Assembly: GCA_951406725.2 (NCBI GenBank) | Contig: OX597822.1 | Location: forward strand, 55,614,001 to 55,678,000 | Reading direction: 5' to 3' | Origin: Octopus vulgaris | Lineage: Eukaryota | DNA: 64,000 nt | Shown here: positions 53,216 through 64,000 of the stretch, one piece after another | Layout: each line of letters starts with the position of its first letter | Numbering within the stretch: the stretch's first letter is position 1 | Made by a program: the position numbers and the translations under genes | Notes under the pieces: model-generated | The model's input: only the letters and a program-made list of their open reading frames with translations | Database searches by the model: none | Told to the model about the DNA's origin: nothing

Positions 53216-53735
53216 GTCATTAATGTATCCAAATTTATCGTTTGGTCCTTCCAGATCGACTTAGTTCTTAACGGATATGAACGAAGGATCAACATAGACT
53301 TGTCCTGCCATTCCCTTAAGAGCCATCAGCATCACGTGCTTTGTCTATTTATAGAGTTTGCTCTTGGTGCTATAGTTATTGTGTCAAATGCGCCTCGGTT
53401 TGCGATCTTTATACATCATGGCCCTTTGATGATGTTGCTCGCTCCGCCGTGCTTCAACGTGGTTGGCAACATAATCTGCATCGATGTGATCCGTTCGAGG
53501 ACAAGAGATCGGAACGGTTTATCGAAAAGCCCTTCCACGCGGATCTTTTGCGTAACTTCAAAGTTGCTGTTTTCCTGTGGTACTCGTCGATCAATGCGTG
53601 ACATTCCAGGTTAGATTCAGGTTCCCATGTATTGAATTCACTACTCCAGCCTTTCCATTTGATGTAATAATAATTCACACCCTCATCATCTGTGTGATAC
53701 ACTACTACTTTCACTTCATAGTTTTCATATTTTGC
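53214..53735 (-). pseudogene. SUV39H: SUV39H/Su(var)3-9-like H3K9 methyltransferase pseudogene fragment (chromodomain to start of pre-SET region)
   Basis: YEV...YYYIKWKGWSSEFNTWEPESNLEC chromodomain, then ALK/EWQ and ISVKN*VDLEGPNDKFGYINDY (cf. SUV39H1 [22 protein letters not shown]). At least 3 stops plus frameshifts. Confidence 0.8.
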
Positions 53736-53736
53736 G

Positions 53737-54060
53737 CATGGCTCAGTGGGTAGATCGTCGGCTCATAGTCGCGAGGTTGTGAGCTTGATTCGTGGACCGG
53801 GCTGTGCGTTGTGTTTTTGAGCAAGATGCTTTAAATCACGTTGCTCCAGTTCACTCAGTTGTAGAAATGAGTTGCGGTGTCACTGGTGCCAAGTTGTATT
53901 GGCCATTGCCTTTCTCTTGGACAGCATGAGTGGTGTGGAGAGAGGAAGCTGATATGCATAGGTGACAGCTGGTCTTCCACAAAATAACCTTGGCCGGACT
54001 TGTGCCTCGGAGGAGAACTTTCTCGGCATAATCTCATGGTCATTCGTGATCGATAGGGTT
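53737..54060 (+). mobile_element. tRNA-derived SINE (family D)
   Basis: catggctcagtgggtag A-box-like head and gttgtgtttttgagcaaga body. Confidence 0.65.
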
Positions 54061-54220
54061 TTTTTTATCCTTTACCCTTTTATCATTATCATTTCCGCCG
54101 AGGTCGACTTTGTCAATCGGGGTCGGTTAAATAAGTACCAGTTACGCGCTGGAGTCGATGTAATCGACTTAATCCATTCCATCAAATTTGAGGCCTTGTG
54201 TTTCAAGTAGAATGAATTAC

Positions 54221-54276
<56 letters not shown>

Positions 54277-54277
<1 letters not shown>

Positions 54278-55087
54278 GCTTTTTCCTTCTTCCTTCAAAT
54301 TTTCTTCCGTTTCTCGCCGAGTGTTTTCCATACACCTAGGACAGAGAAGCTCATTGTATGTATTCCCAGATTACACACGCAAATTCACAGATAAAATATG
54401 TATTTAAAAATTAATAGATAAATAGATTCATGGATGGATGTTGTTTTCACAGCGATAATGCTCTTCTCAGTACATGAGCCGTTCCAGTAAATACGATTTT
54501 TTGCACTTCATGTAGGGATGGTAAGCCTGGAATCATTTTCAAATAGGTTTCAGTACCTTTTTTTATCATTCCTAGAGATCCTACAATCACTTGTACTGTA
54601 GTCGCCTTGAGATGCCACATTTTTTCAATTTCTGTCCAAGAGAAAGGCAATGGCCAATACAACTTTATATTTACTAATCTTGTCAAATTCTTTCGCCGCT
54701 ATATTGTGATCGCAATGGATACTCATGTCAATTAATAAACACATCGTTTTTGTCTGATCTTTTATAATAATATCGGTTTATTAGCTTTTATAGTCTTGTC
54801 GGTCTGTACGGGAAAGTCCCATAGAATCGACACATTTTCTCTCTCAGTCACAGCTTCAGGATGGTGTTTATACCATTTGTCAGCGGTTTTGATTTTATAA
54901 TACCGACATATTGTCCAATGTAAATACTGGCCGACTCTGTCATGTCTTGCTTTATATTCTGCAGGTGCAGATTAGGTGGTCTATTGTTTCAATCTCATAG
55001 TTACAGAATCTGCATTTTGGGTCAGCTCCATTTTTCATCACATTGGCTTGGTAGTTCCGGGTTAATAAGCTTTGGTCTTGAGCAGCT
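54277..55087 (-). mobile_element. R4/Dong-like 3' fragment
   Basis: AAQDQSLLTRNY, CRFC..ETIDHL..C, ILWDF, KPDII and VQVIVGSLG; (TAA)n at both ends. Confidence 0.88.
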
Positions 55088-55089
55088 AA

Positions 55090-55169
<80 letters not shown>

Positions 55170-55179
55170 CTTCGTAACG

Positions 55180-55505
55180 CAGTGTAGATAAAAATGCACC
55201 AGAGTCTTTAGTCATCTGTCAAGTAACAACAAAGACCTCAGACAAATAGTACTTATCTTAAGATGTGTTCTGTGCTCAATAAGGCTGCTTTTTGCAAGAT
55301 ATCAATATTGCATGGGATTTTCAGTTGCCTTAAGAAGTCTTGAAGTTTCAATGGGATTGAGCCTAACGCTCCGATCACCACTGGTATCACTTTTACATTA
55401 CCTTCTCGCATTTCATACAGTCTTGCCACTTCCACTTTCAATTCGGAGTACTTGATGATTTTTTCAATCTTTTTTACTCACAACATTCATATCATTTGAT
55501 ATTCT
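55180..55505 (-). mobile_element. Short R4/Dong-like 3' fragment
   Basis: KVIPVVIGALG...LQKAALLSTEHILR; flanked by (TAA)n. Confidence 0.8.
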
Positions 55506-56016
55506 TATCATTATTATTATTATTATTATTGAAGACGTCCCACAATATCCAATATTGTGATGTTGTAGACTGAAGATATTGAGTGTACCGCGGGTTTGTA
55601 CTGTCTGACAAGTCACAACAATTGGCTCGGGTGCCTTCGATATCGGGCGACCTGCTTTGAAGGGTATGGGAAACTCAATAGAGGGAGGTCCCACTTCCTA
55701 GCAATCCTGCATGCAGAGGCTCTCTTTCAATGTATAAACATATCTTAAGAAATGTAATGGATCCTCTTCTTTGATAAATAACAATAGATTTCTTCACATT
55801 AGCGAAGCAAATTCATTTCGATAAAAAGTGGTTTGCTACCCAGTTCCAAAAGCGGCTGCAATTCTATTGGAAATTAATTGTAGCTGTTTATGGGACAACG
55901 ACAGAGGAAAGAAAAACGACAAAACTGTCTTTAAAATGTATGTATCTGTGAGAGTATGCGTGTGTGCTTGTGTATGTTTGTGTTTGTGTTTGTGTATGTG
56001 TTTATGTGTATGTGTT

Positions 56017-56097
<81 letters not shown>

Positions 56098-56545
56098 GAA
56101 TGTATATAAAGGGGGATAAAAAGATTAATGCAAAGAAGCTATTGATTGTTTCTTGTTCAAAGTCCTCTCATCAACGCATAACTTAACGATGACCTTAGAT
56201 TAACCGCTTGCAGTTAAAGGCGCGCGCGCAGCCCCCTCCAAACAAATATTGCTACTCGTAAACTTCATTATTTCAGTGAGGCGTTGAAAACTGGTCTTGT
56301 TTTACGAAAGAGCAAGTAAGTAATCAATATGTTCCAAAATATAAGTTTTGAATTTATTTGTAATTATAAAAGTACACCTCAACATCTCAAAGCATTTTTT
56401 TCGGCTTTAGAATTATTGCACTTACGTTAACTTTTTTCGTTAAATTGAATCTTTTTCTTTCTTTCTTTTTTTTTTCTCTCAGTATTTTTAACCATTTTGT
56501 CAAATACTCGAAATTACTATAAGGGAATGGGGCAAAATTGGTAAC

Positions 56546-56957
56546 ATAGGCGTAGGTGTGGCTGTGTGGTAAGTAGCTTGCTTACGAACCAAATGGTTCC
56601 GGGTTCAGTCACACTGCGTGGCACCTTAGGCAAGGTCTTCTACTGTAGTCTCGGGCTGACCAAAGCCTTGTGAGGGGATTTGGTAGACGGAAACTGAAAG
56701 AAGCCCGTCGTATATATGCATATATATATGTGTTTGTGTTTGTATATGTTTGTGTGTCTGTGTTTGTCCCCCAACATCGCTTTACAACCGATGCTGGTGT
56801 ATTTACGTCCCCGTAACTTAGCGGTTTGGCAAAATAGACCGATAGAATAAGTGCTAGGTTTACAAAGAATAAAGTCCTGGGGTCGATTTTCTCGACTAAT
56901 GGCGGTGCTCCAGCATGACCACACTCACATGACTGAAACAAGTAAAAGAGTAAAAGA
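56546..56957 (+). mobile_element. SINE family A insertion with GTAAC target-site duplication
   Basis: GTAAC on both sides. The paralogous empty site reads gggtaactggggcaaaatgag at ~38572. Confidence 0.85.
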
Positions 56958-57129
56958 GTAACTGGGGCAAAATGAGTAATTACCAATTTCTCGTTATTTT
57001 CTCACCACCTGTTTGGAACCATTACATTGCAAGTATTGCATCACCGTTTTGTATTGCTGCATAATCTTGTGAGTAAACATTGGCCATCATATCTGTTGTT
57101 GCTGTTGTGAGAGTTTGAAACATAGTGAT

Positions 57130-57740
57130 TTGCCAAGCATTTCACAGCAGTCTTGTAGGGTGGTAAGGCTTGCGGTAGCTCTGCATAATCTTCAGACCTA
57201 TACACTTGGTCACTGAACCAGTGATCCGCCCAGTCTTATCAGATATACTGGTAGACCATATGCAATCTCTCACATGTGACATGAGGAAAAATCCAAGAAG
57301 GCCTAAGATTGCTCGCGAATTCCATCTGGGATCATTGATGTTCGGAATTTTCTGAAACTTGATAAAAGGTACGTCTCCCATTTCATGGAAGAACATGAAG
57401 GCACGGGTTAAGCGGAACAGAAACTCCATATCATCTCTACAACCAGCTTGATCTTCAATGACATGAGTTCCATTCTGGAAGGCGACTTGAAACTATTCGT
57501 AACTTGTCATGAGTTCTTTGACAAGAAAATATTCAGTGTTGGGTAAATTGCTTGCACCTGCTAGCTCCTCATCCATAACAATGTGCAGGATTCTGTTCAA
57601 GGTATGATGTTGGCAGCACACGAATAGTGGTTTGTCATAGCCTTTGCTCAAGAACATTCTCTGGAGTCCAGCCACTACTTCACTCTTTCGTTCTGTATTC
57701 ATTTATACACATCGTATCAGCAATAACCAATGACCAAAAA
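57130..57740 (-). pseudogene. hAT-superfamily transposase relic
   Basis: IADT...NT.RKS.VV first-D region, CQHH (CxxH) and PRWNS motifs, with stops and frameshifts. Confidence 0.65.
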
Positions 57741-58589
57741 AAAAAAAATGAACACTTTCATTTCCCTTTCTGTCACATTTTATCCCCGGAAATTTCTCTG
57801 AAAGATATCTTTGCAGAAAGGTGAATAGATTGGTTTATATATTTCTTTCATTATTTTATCGCATCTGTCTCCTGTATTTTCGTTATTTTATCGCATTTTT
57901 TGTCCCCAATAAATTCCCATATAATGAAAACCTACACTATCTGAAACATATATGCAGAAAATTGTGCAAAAGAAAAAAAGCCTATATGAGAATTATTTGA
58001 AACTCCTCTCCACACTGTTCGGAATTTTTTTTCCAAAAAAATTCTGATATAATCGGAATCTACACCGTATGAAGAATATATGTAGAAAATTTTATTTAAA
58101 AAATATCCATTTTTTCTGAAAGTTATGAGGAAACAAATTCGGCGAGAGGGGGACACTTATGTAGCAATACCTATAAAGTATGTAGAGTTCGTCGGAGATT
58201 TGGCTGTTATTCCTAGCATGTAGAAAGAAGGCCTGTTTAATGCGAGGGTTGGAAAACCTCCACCCATCCGCAATGACCGAAAGTGTTTTAAAACATCCTG
58301 TATATGCCGTACATTCGCGAGGGGTGGGATGGGGTGGTGTTAATTATTATTTTTTTTAATTGAAAAATAAAAAACAAATTTATTTTCAGAATCATAATCT
58401 CCGTATTTTCCCATGTATTTCACAGAAGTAAAAGATAAAAAAAATTAATTCTGAAAAAAGTGAAAAAGGAAGAAATTTGGAGGGGTGGGAAATGAAATTT
58501 TGAAATGCCAATTTTTTTAGAGATTCGGAATCTCCGTAGCCAAAAACGGGTAAATGGGTTTCTGTAGAAAAATAAAACGGAAGTGGGTG

Positions 58590-58775
58590 TGGTAACGTTC
58601 CGCCTTGTCCGCCTCACTTTCTTACTCATGTTGTGCCTAGATTTACTGCACCTCTTTTTTTTTTTTTTTTAGGGATAAAACCCTTTTCTTGCAAATATTT
58701 TACTGCATCCACCTCCGTTTTCAAAATCTCCTCTTGAGTGATAGAATAAACTGGCTTGAATGTGGATGCGGCCAT
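58590..58775 (-). pseudogene. Probable Merlin transposase N-terminus, next to a Merlin-type TIR remnant (~59020-59200)
   Basis: MAASTFKPVYSITQEEILKTEVDAVKYLQEKGFIP..., broken by a poly-A run. Nearby gattggctaaaattaccc matches the TIR family. Confidence 0.45.
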
Positions 58776-59479
58776 TCCAAGCAACAATAAACACGGAAAA
58801 ACTTCACGAAATATAAGTAAAATATATATGAAAAATAGGTAAAATACTAAGCCACTCGACGAAAAATATCTACAATAAAATCCTAATTGATAAATATAAA
58901 TTTTCCAGAAAAATTAAAAAAGTAACAGTGATATACACAAACAAGATGTGCGGGTGAAGTGAATCACGTAGTGTGAAGAATCAACACAATGTGTAGTTGT
59001 TATGGTAACTAGCTGTTAATGCCTCGCTGTCTGTTGATTGGCTAAAATTACCCAAATTTTCCAAACTTTAATTCAAAATAACATAAGATTTTTTAACTTA
59101 CAAGATAAGTTGAGCGTAAGCAACATTCAGAACTACATCGATACATCAAATTTGAAAACAATCTGAGCAAAATTAAAGCCCCTGGAGATAAGATTCCTCT
59201 TGAAGTTAAGCCCCATTTTGGAGTAAAAAAAACCCCTATAAAATACAGAAGTTTAAATGGGAAGCCGTATCACTCGTCAGTCAGGTAATTAAAAATAATT
59301 GCTTAGGTTTCCATAAATCAAAATTATTTGCTTAAGTTTTTTTCACTTTTATAGATCAATACTTTAAGTCTTCTCTGCTTGCAGGTAAAAATCGCATAAG
59401 GTATTTTCATCACAATGAAACTCTCTCTTTATTCGTACGGATTAAGGTGAGTACTTGCTTTCTGTACACACACAAACAC

Positions 59480-59510
<31 letters not shown>

Positions 59511-59531
59511 GACACACACACACACACAGAC

Positions 59532-59566
<35 letters not shown>

Positions 59567-59833
59567 CATTTACCGTAGTTATATATTTTCATGGAGCATG
59601 TAAATTTATCTGACATAATTATTTCAATTTTTTAATATTTTCATTATAATTATTAATTATTTATCACAATCTAAAATACAATTCATCTGACACACCTAAG
59701 AAGAGGTAGAGGCAGAGGCTTGGGATCAATGCAGACAGACTTTAAATGCAAAAATAAATACACTAATTTAGTGCTGAAAAGTGGTACACACGTCCCGTAA
59801 CAAGATTCTGTCCATACACAGCGTCTGTCTTAC

Positions 59834-59849
59834 CGCAAGTTTCCGCCAT
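59834..59849 (-). CDS. Candidate first coding mini-exon (MAETC + phase-1 G)
   Basis: Minus aaaATGGCGGAAACTTGCG|GTAAGA: strong start context, consensus donor, and an NRF1-like site upstream. Confidence 0.4.
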
Positions 59850-60065
59850 TTTCTTGTCTTATTTTAGAATAAAAAAAGCATAAAATGTCGATTATGTTCG
59901 CTACGGTTCTCCGGTTTCGGTGAGATACCAAGCATATAAAATACAACTTGTCGAAAGTTCGTTTTGAAATACTTTGAAGCGTGAAATATCTAACAAGTGC
60001 GCATGTGCAAGACCAAGCCTGATGTTACCTACTTATAAAAGTGCTCGAAGATTGGTATCGATTAC
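59842..60065 (-). promoter_or_regulatory. Candidate housekeeping-type promoter
   Basis: YY1-like CCGCCATTTT (59843-59852) and NRF1-like TGCGCATGTGCA (59998-60009), in locally CpG-containing, apparently unique DNA. Confidence 0.35.
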
Positions 60066-62141
60066 ACCCAAACGGACATGTAGGTGAACCCATTATACTT
60101 GTTTATGTAAAAAATATTTAACGCATTGAATTATTTATTTACCTAAATAAGTAAATATAAATATAGTTATTTTACGAATGAAATGTCTTACTAGTTTTAT
60201 TTTCCAAGTTGATTGAAAATTAATTAAATATCTTTTCTTTTTATTGCATTTTCGCCCTATATATATTTTTTTTTCTCAGTTTAAAGTCACGCCTTTGCCT
60301 CCCGAGGAACAGATTTATTTTCATCGTGTTACTTGTTTGTCTTATATTTACTTATTTCGTAAGCATCAAATATCTGTATCTAGGAACCATAAATAATGTA
60401 CTACATGCTGATACCTCCAGACACCCGTTTGACTGTGCAGCACTCATAAGACAGGTAAACATCTTTGCTTTACCGTTGATCTGATCTATTCCAAATCTTT
60501 AGTCAATAAGTTGAAACATTTTCGTCGGCACTGGAAACTATCAGAGGGCAATTTATTACTCGAAAAGGCGTTACTTCGTCATTCTACATGACAACAAAAC
60601 AACGTAGTAATTTTCAGTTTGTACAGTAATCTATCCTTTCTATATACTATTTATTATTTATTCTGATGTCTCTCTCTTACCGCATTCTCTGTCTTTTATA
60701 ATACCCAAACTTGCTGTCAGTTAATTGTGATGTTGTTTTGCTCTTATCTTCTCTATTGCATGTTTCTAATCTCGTTTGTTGCGCGTCTCTTAGCTTCCTT
60801 GTCGTCTGCCACCACATCAGCTATCCGTCAATTATCTCCTTTACTAAATGCCTGGCAACTGCTCTCGTATTATTTAAGTATCAACAAACAATCGCCAGTA
60901 TCTTACTCAAAGTAACGGAGCACAGTCAGGGTAAAACAAACAGGCCCTGTAGCTATTGTGCAACATCAAAACAGTTATTTTTTTAAACAAAAAATGAAAA
61001 CTACATAGACTGATTATGTAGATGTTCGATAATGAACAGAAAATTAGTGTTGAAACAATAATTTTCATTTACAAACCAGCAGAGTGAGCAATATGAAAAG
61101 CAACAATTTTTTTGTAACAGTCGAAGATCATATAGAATTCCTCGATATGGGGTGGACCACAAAAAAAAAAAAAAGAAAAAGAGACGAAAGAGATAAGGTA
61201 TGTTAGAAAATGGCATCTTACTCAATTTTCGCTTGCAAGGCTGACAGCGGGGTGGGGTGGCATATCTACTTTTGAATTAGCGGCAGGGAAATTTCCATAT
61301 ATTCTCGAAAATAAACCGAGAGATGGTTGTAGCCGATGTATGGAAATATGTTTAATCTCTTGACTGAAACAGACATTTGTTAGAATGCGCCTTATGTTTA
61401 AAATAATGAGGCGAAGATGAGGCGAAGAAGCAAGTACAGGCTGTGTGCTATAGGCCTACTTATTGGGTCGAGACGCAATATATAGGAAAAATTATAATGA
61501 TCACAACCAGAGATATTGGCACTAACATTGAATCTGTAGCGAATCTTGCATGCATGAAGTGGATTCGATCCACCACAGCCAAATTTAAATTAACACTGCT
61601 ACAGAACTTTTCCCACGATGGAACAATGTGTGTTTTTTTCTGACTGCAGTTTTACATTTTCCAGATGCCTTTAGCTAGGCCGAAATAATGTCTTCACTAC
61701 TTGACCCTTTCTAACCTCTTCTACTTCTCCAAAAGCTAGCATAGAGATAACAAGACCACCAACTAAATCTATTGTTCTCAATGATATATCTATACTTCTG
61801 AATATATAAACCAGCACATCCCAAGCAAAAATCAGTTAGTCACCACTTCGGTGAAGACTCAACCAAGTAGCCACTTCGGTGACGAAGAAGTCTGGCTGAC
61901 CAGCTAGAACCTTGGTCAGAGGGAGAAATGAAGTTTCTGTCAGACGACACACAACACTTCTCTCTAGCTCTAATTCTGTTCTCTTACAACATCATTCTAT
62001 CTGTCTCAGCAATTACTACTAAACAATGAAGAGGACACAAACAAACTTTACTTCGCATGCTTTTAGATGTATCAAAACCTGCTCGTCGAGGCAAGGTATT
62101 GTAACATAACGGTAAATAAACATTTCCCTAAAACTTTATGC

Positions 62142-63129
62142 GGATCTTTTCATTTTGACCGGCAGATTTTTAAAATAATTTCCATGTAACTAAACACTTT
62201 TAAACTTCGTATACTGGTAGAATGTGTTACATAAAACATCTTTTTCTCTTGGCTTTCTTGAGAAAATTCTGTAGTTTGTAAGCTATTTGTTGTTTAATTT
62301 CTTGCATTTTGGCAATTTTAATCAATCAATGACGTCTATTGAGGTAAATACAATTTCTGCGGTTGTTTGTCAACAACAATTTCTTGCGGTGTCATATCAG
62401 TTTGTCACTGTTATTTACGAGAAAAAGATACCCTTCCCCCCTAAACCTAACCCTAATCCTAACCATAACCCTAACCCCACATATATATAAAAAAAAATTT
62501 TTTACAGAAAGTGACGAGCTTCAAATGTAAACAAATACACGTGTGTGGCCATAAACTTAGGGATCACACATAAACAGAGCTGGATAACAAAACCGTTCCC
62601 TCATTTAGTGTCCACCCATAATTATGTCCCTAGTATCGATCTATTGCATTTCAATCTGTTTTAGGGTTAGGGGTGGGGGAAGGGTATCTTTTTCTTCAGA
62701 AATGTAAATAAACCCAATCTGTTTCTTAAACGAATATATAATATGTAATGTGTGTATCTGTGCAACAGAGAGGGAAATTAAAACTGCATATGTTGTGAAC
62801 TTAGATTATGTGTTTATTAATAAAAGTTTAATAACGATAATCTTTTATTCATACGAACGTAACTGATATGAAATATGTCATAAGTAACAGTGACAAACTG
62901 ATATGACACTGCAAGAAATTGTATTCACCTCAATAGACGTCATTGATTGGTTCAAATTGCCGAAATGCAAGAAATTAAACAACAAATAGCTTACAAACTA
63001 CAGAATTTTCTCAAGAAAGCCAAGAGAAAAAGATGTTTTATGTAACACATTCAACCAGTATACGAAGTTTAAAAGTGTTTAGTTACAAAGAAATTTTTTT
63101 AAAATCTGTCGGTCAAAGTGAAAAGATCC
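62142..63129. mobile_element. Merlin-type non-autonomous element with long TIRs and internal telomere-like repeats
   Basis: Termini GGATCTTTTCA...TGAAAAGATCC; 8-bp TSD CTTTATGC/CTTTTTGC; (CCCTAA)n at 62439-62475. Confidence 0.85.
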
Positions 63130-64000
63130 CTTTTTGCACTTTATTTTTTCACATATTACAACATGCAATCATAATAACAAATTATTTCTCCCGTTACAAT
63201 TGCTGACTATCAACATTTCATAAAATTGTTTACTAATCAATTTCTCCCGTTACAACTGTACAATCTCTACCGTTACAAATCTTTGCTTGTGATCGCCTTT
63301 GCAATATCTTTGTGAAAACGGACAAAGAGCGTTACAAACATATATCAAGTAGGATACATGACAACGACCGAGCAATATAACCTGCGACAAACACATCGAC
63401 TCGACTGTATCTTTACAACGACTGAGTAGTCAAAGCTGATGAAGTTAATTATCTGTTTATTGACTGCGTAGTCTGTACTTAAAGTTATCATTGCACTGTA
63501 GTTTAACATTGCTCCTGTGCAACTAAACTCAGACTTCATGTTTCTGCTTGTTTAGGCTAGTAATTTTAAGCCATTAGTTAACTTTTTTTCTGGTTTATTT
63601 CTCCTCTATGTCAAGTCTTAAAACTGTTGCCGTTATATTTTCATCTAAATCTTTAATTTCTGTGTAGTTAGTTAGTCTTCAGTTTGTATTTTATCAATTG
63701 CTTATATTTAAAGAAAAAACAAAACAAAACAAACAAGCAAAGACTGTATGCTTTCATCTTTCCATAGTAAACCTATTGATTCTCTTTCGCTTCTAAGTAT
63801 TTTCTAGTTCAACTATTGTTATTTTGCTGTAGCTTTCTATTTGTAACAAAACCAAACTTTTGTGCATGGAGTAGGAGTATTCTGTCGATATCATCTCGGT
63901 GGTAGGATGGGTTATTTCAGGATTCTCAGTGATGTAGTTATTTGTGCGTATTAAGCGACTATAATCAACCCTCCTGTTTCTGCATTAAGCTAAGAACTTT

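Overview
AT-rich, microsatellite-saturated animal genomic DNA, most likely a coleoid cephalopod such as Octopus (inferred from the tRNA-derived SINE families and the (TA)n/(CA)n/(TAA)n density). I found no intact host gene, and most long ORFs in the track are simple-repeat artefacts. The window is mostly transposable elements: several Penelope-like elements (PLEs) in (TA)n tracts; a 4.7-kb Gypsy LTR element with both LTRs, TSD, PBS, PPT and a -1 frameshift signal but an internal RT deletion; a full-length mariner; Merlin-type non-autonomous elements and transposase relics; a hAT relic; R4/Dong-like, RTE and L1/Tx1 LINE fragments; and many SINEs. Host-derived signals are a decayed SUV39H-like chromodomain/pre-SET pseudogene (53.2-53.7 kb, minus) and a possible promoter plus first coding exon at 59.8-60.0 kb. 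The most notable signal is a set of hammerhead-ribozyme (HHR) motifs in PLE-type repeats. Two of them carry large, internally structured stem-II insertions, and one lies in a non-coding, retrozyme-like 475-bp partial tandem unit. All calls were made by eye, and boundaries of degraded elements are approximate.
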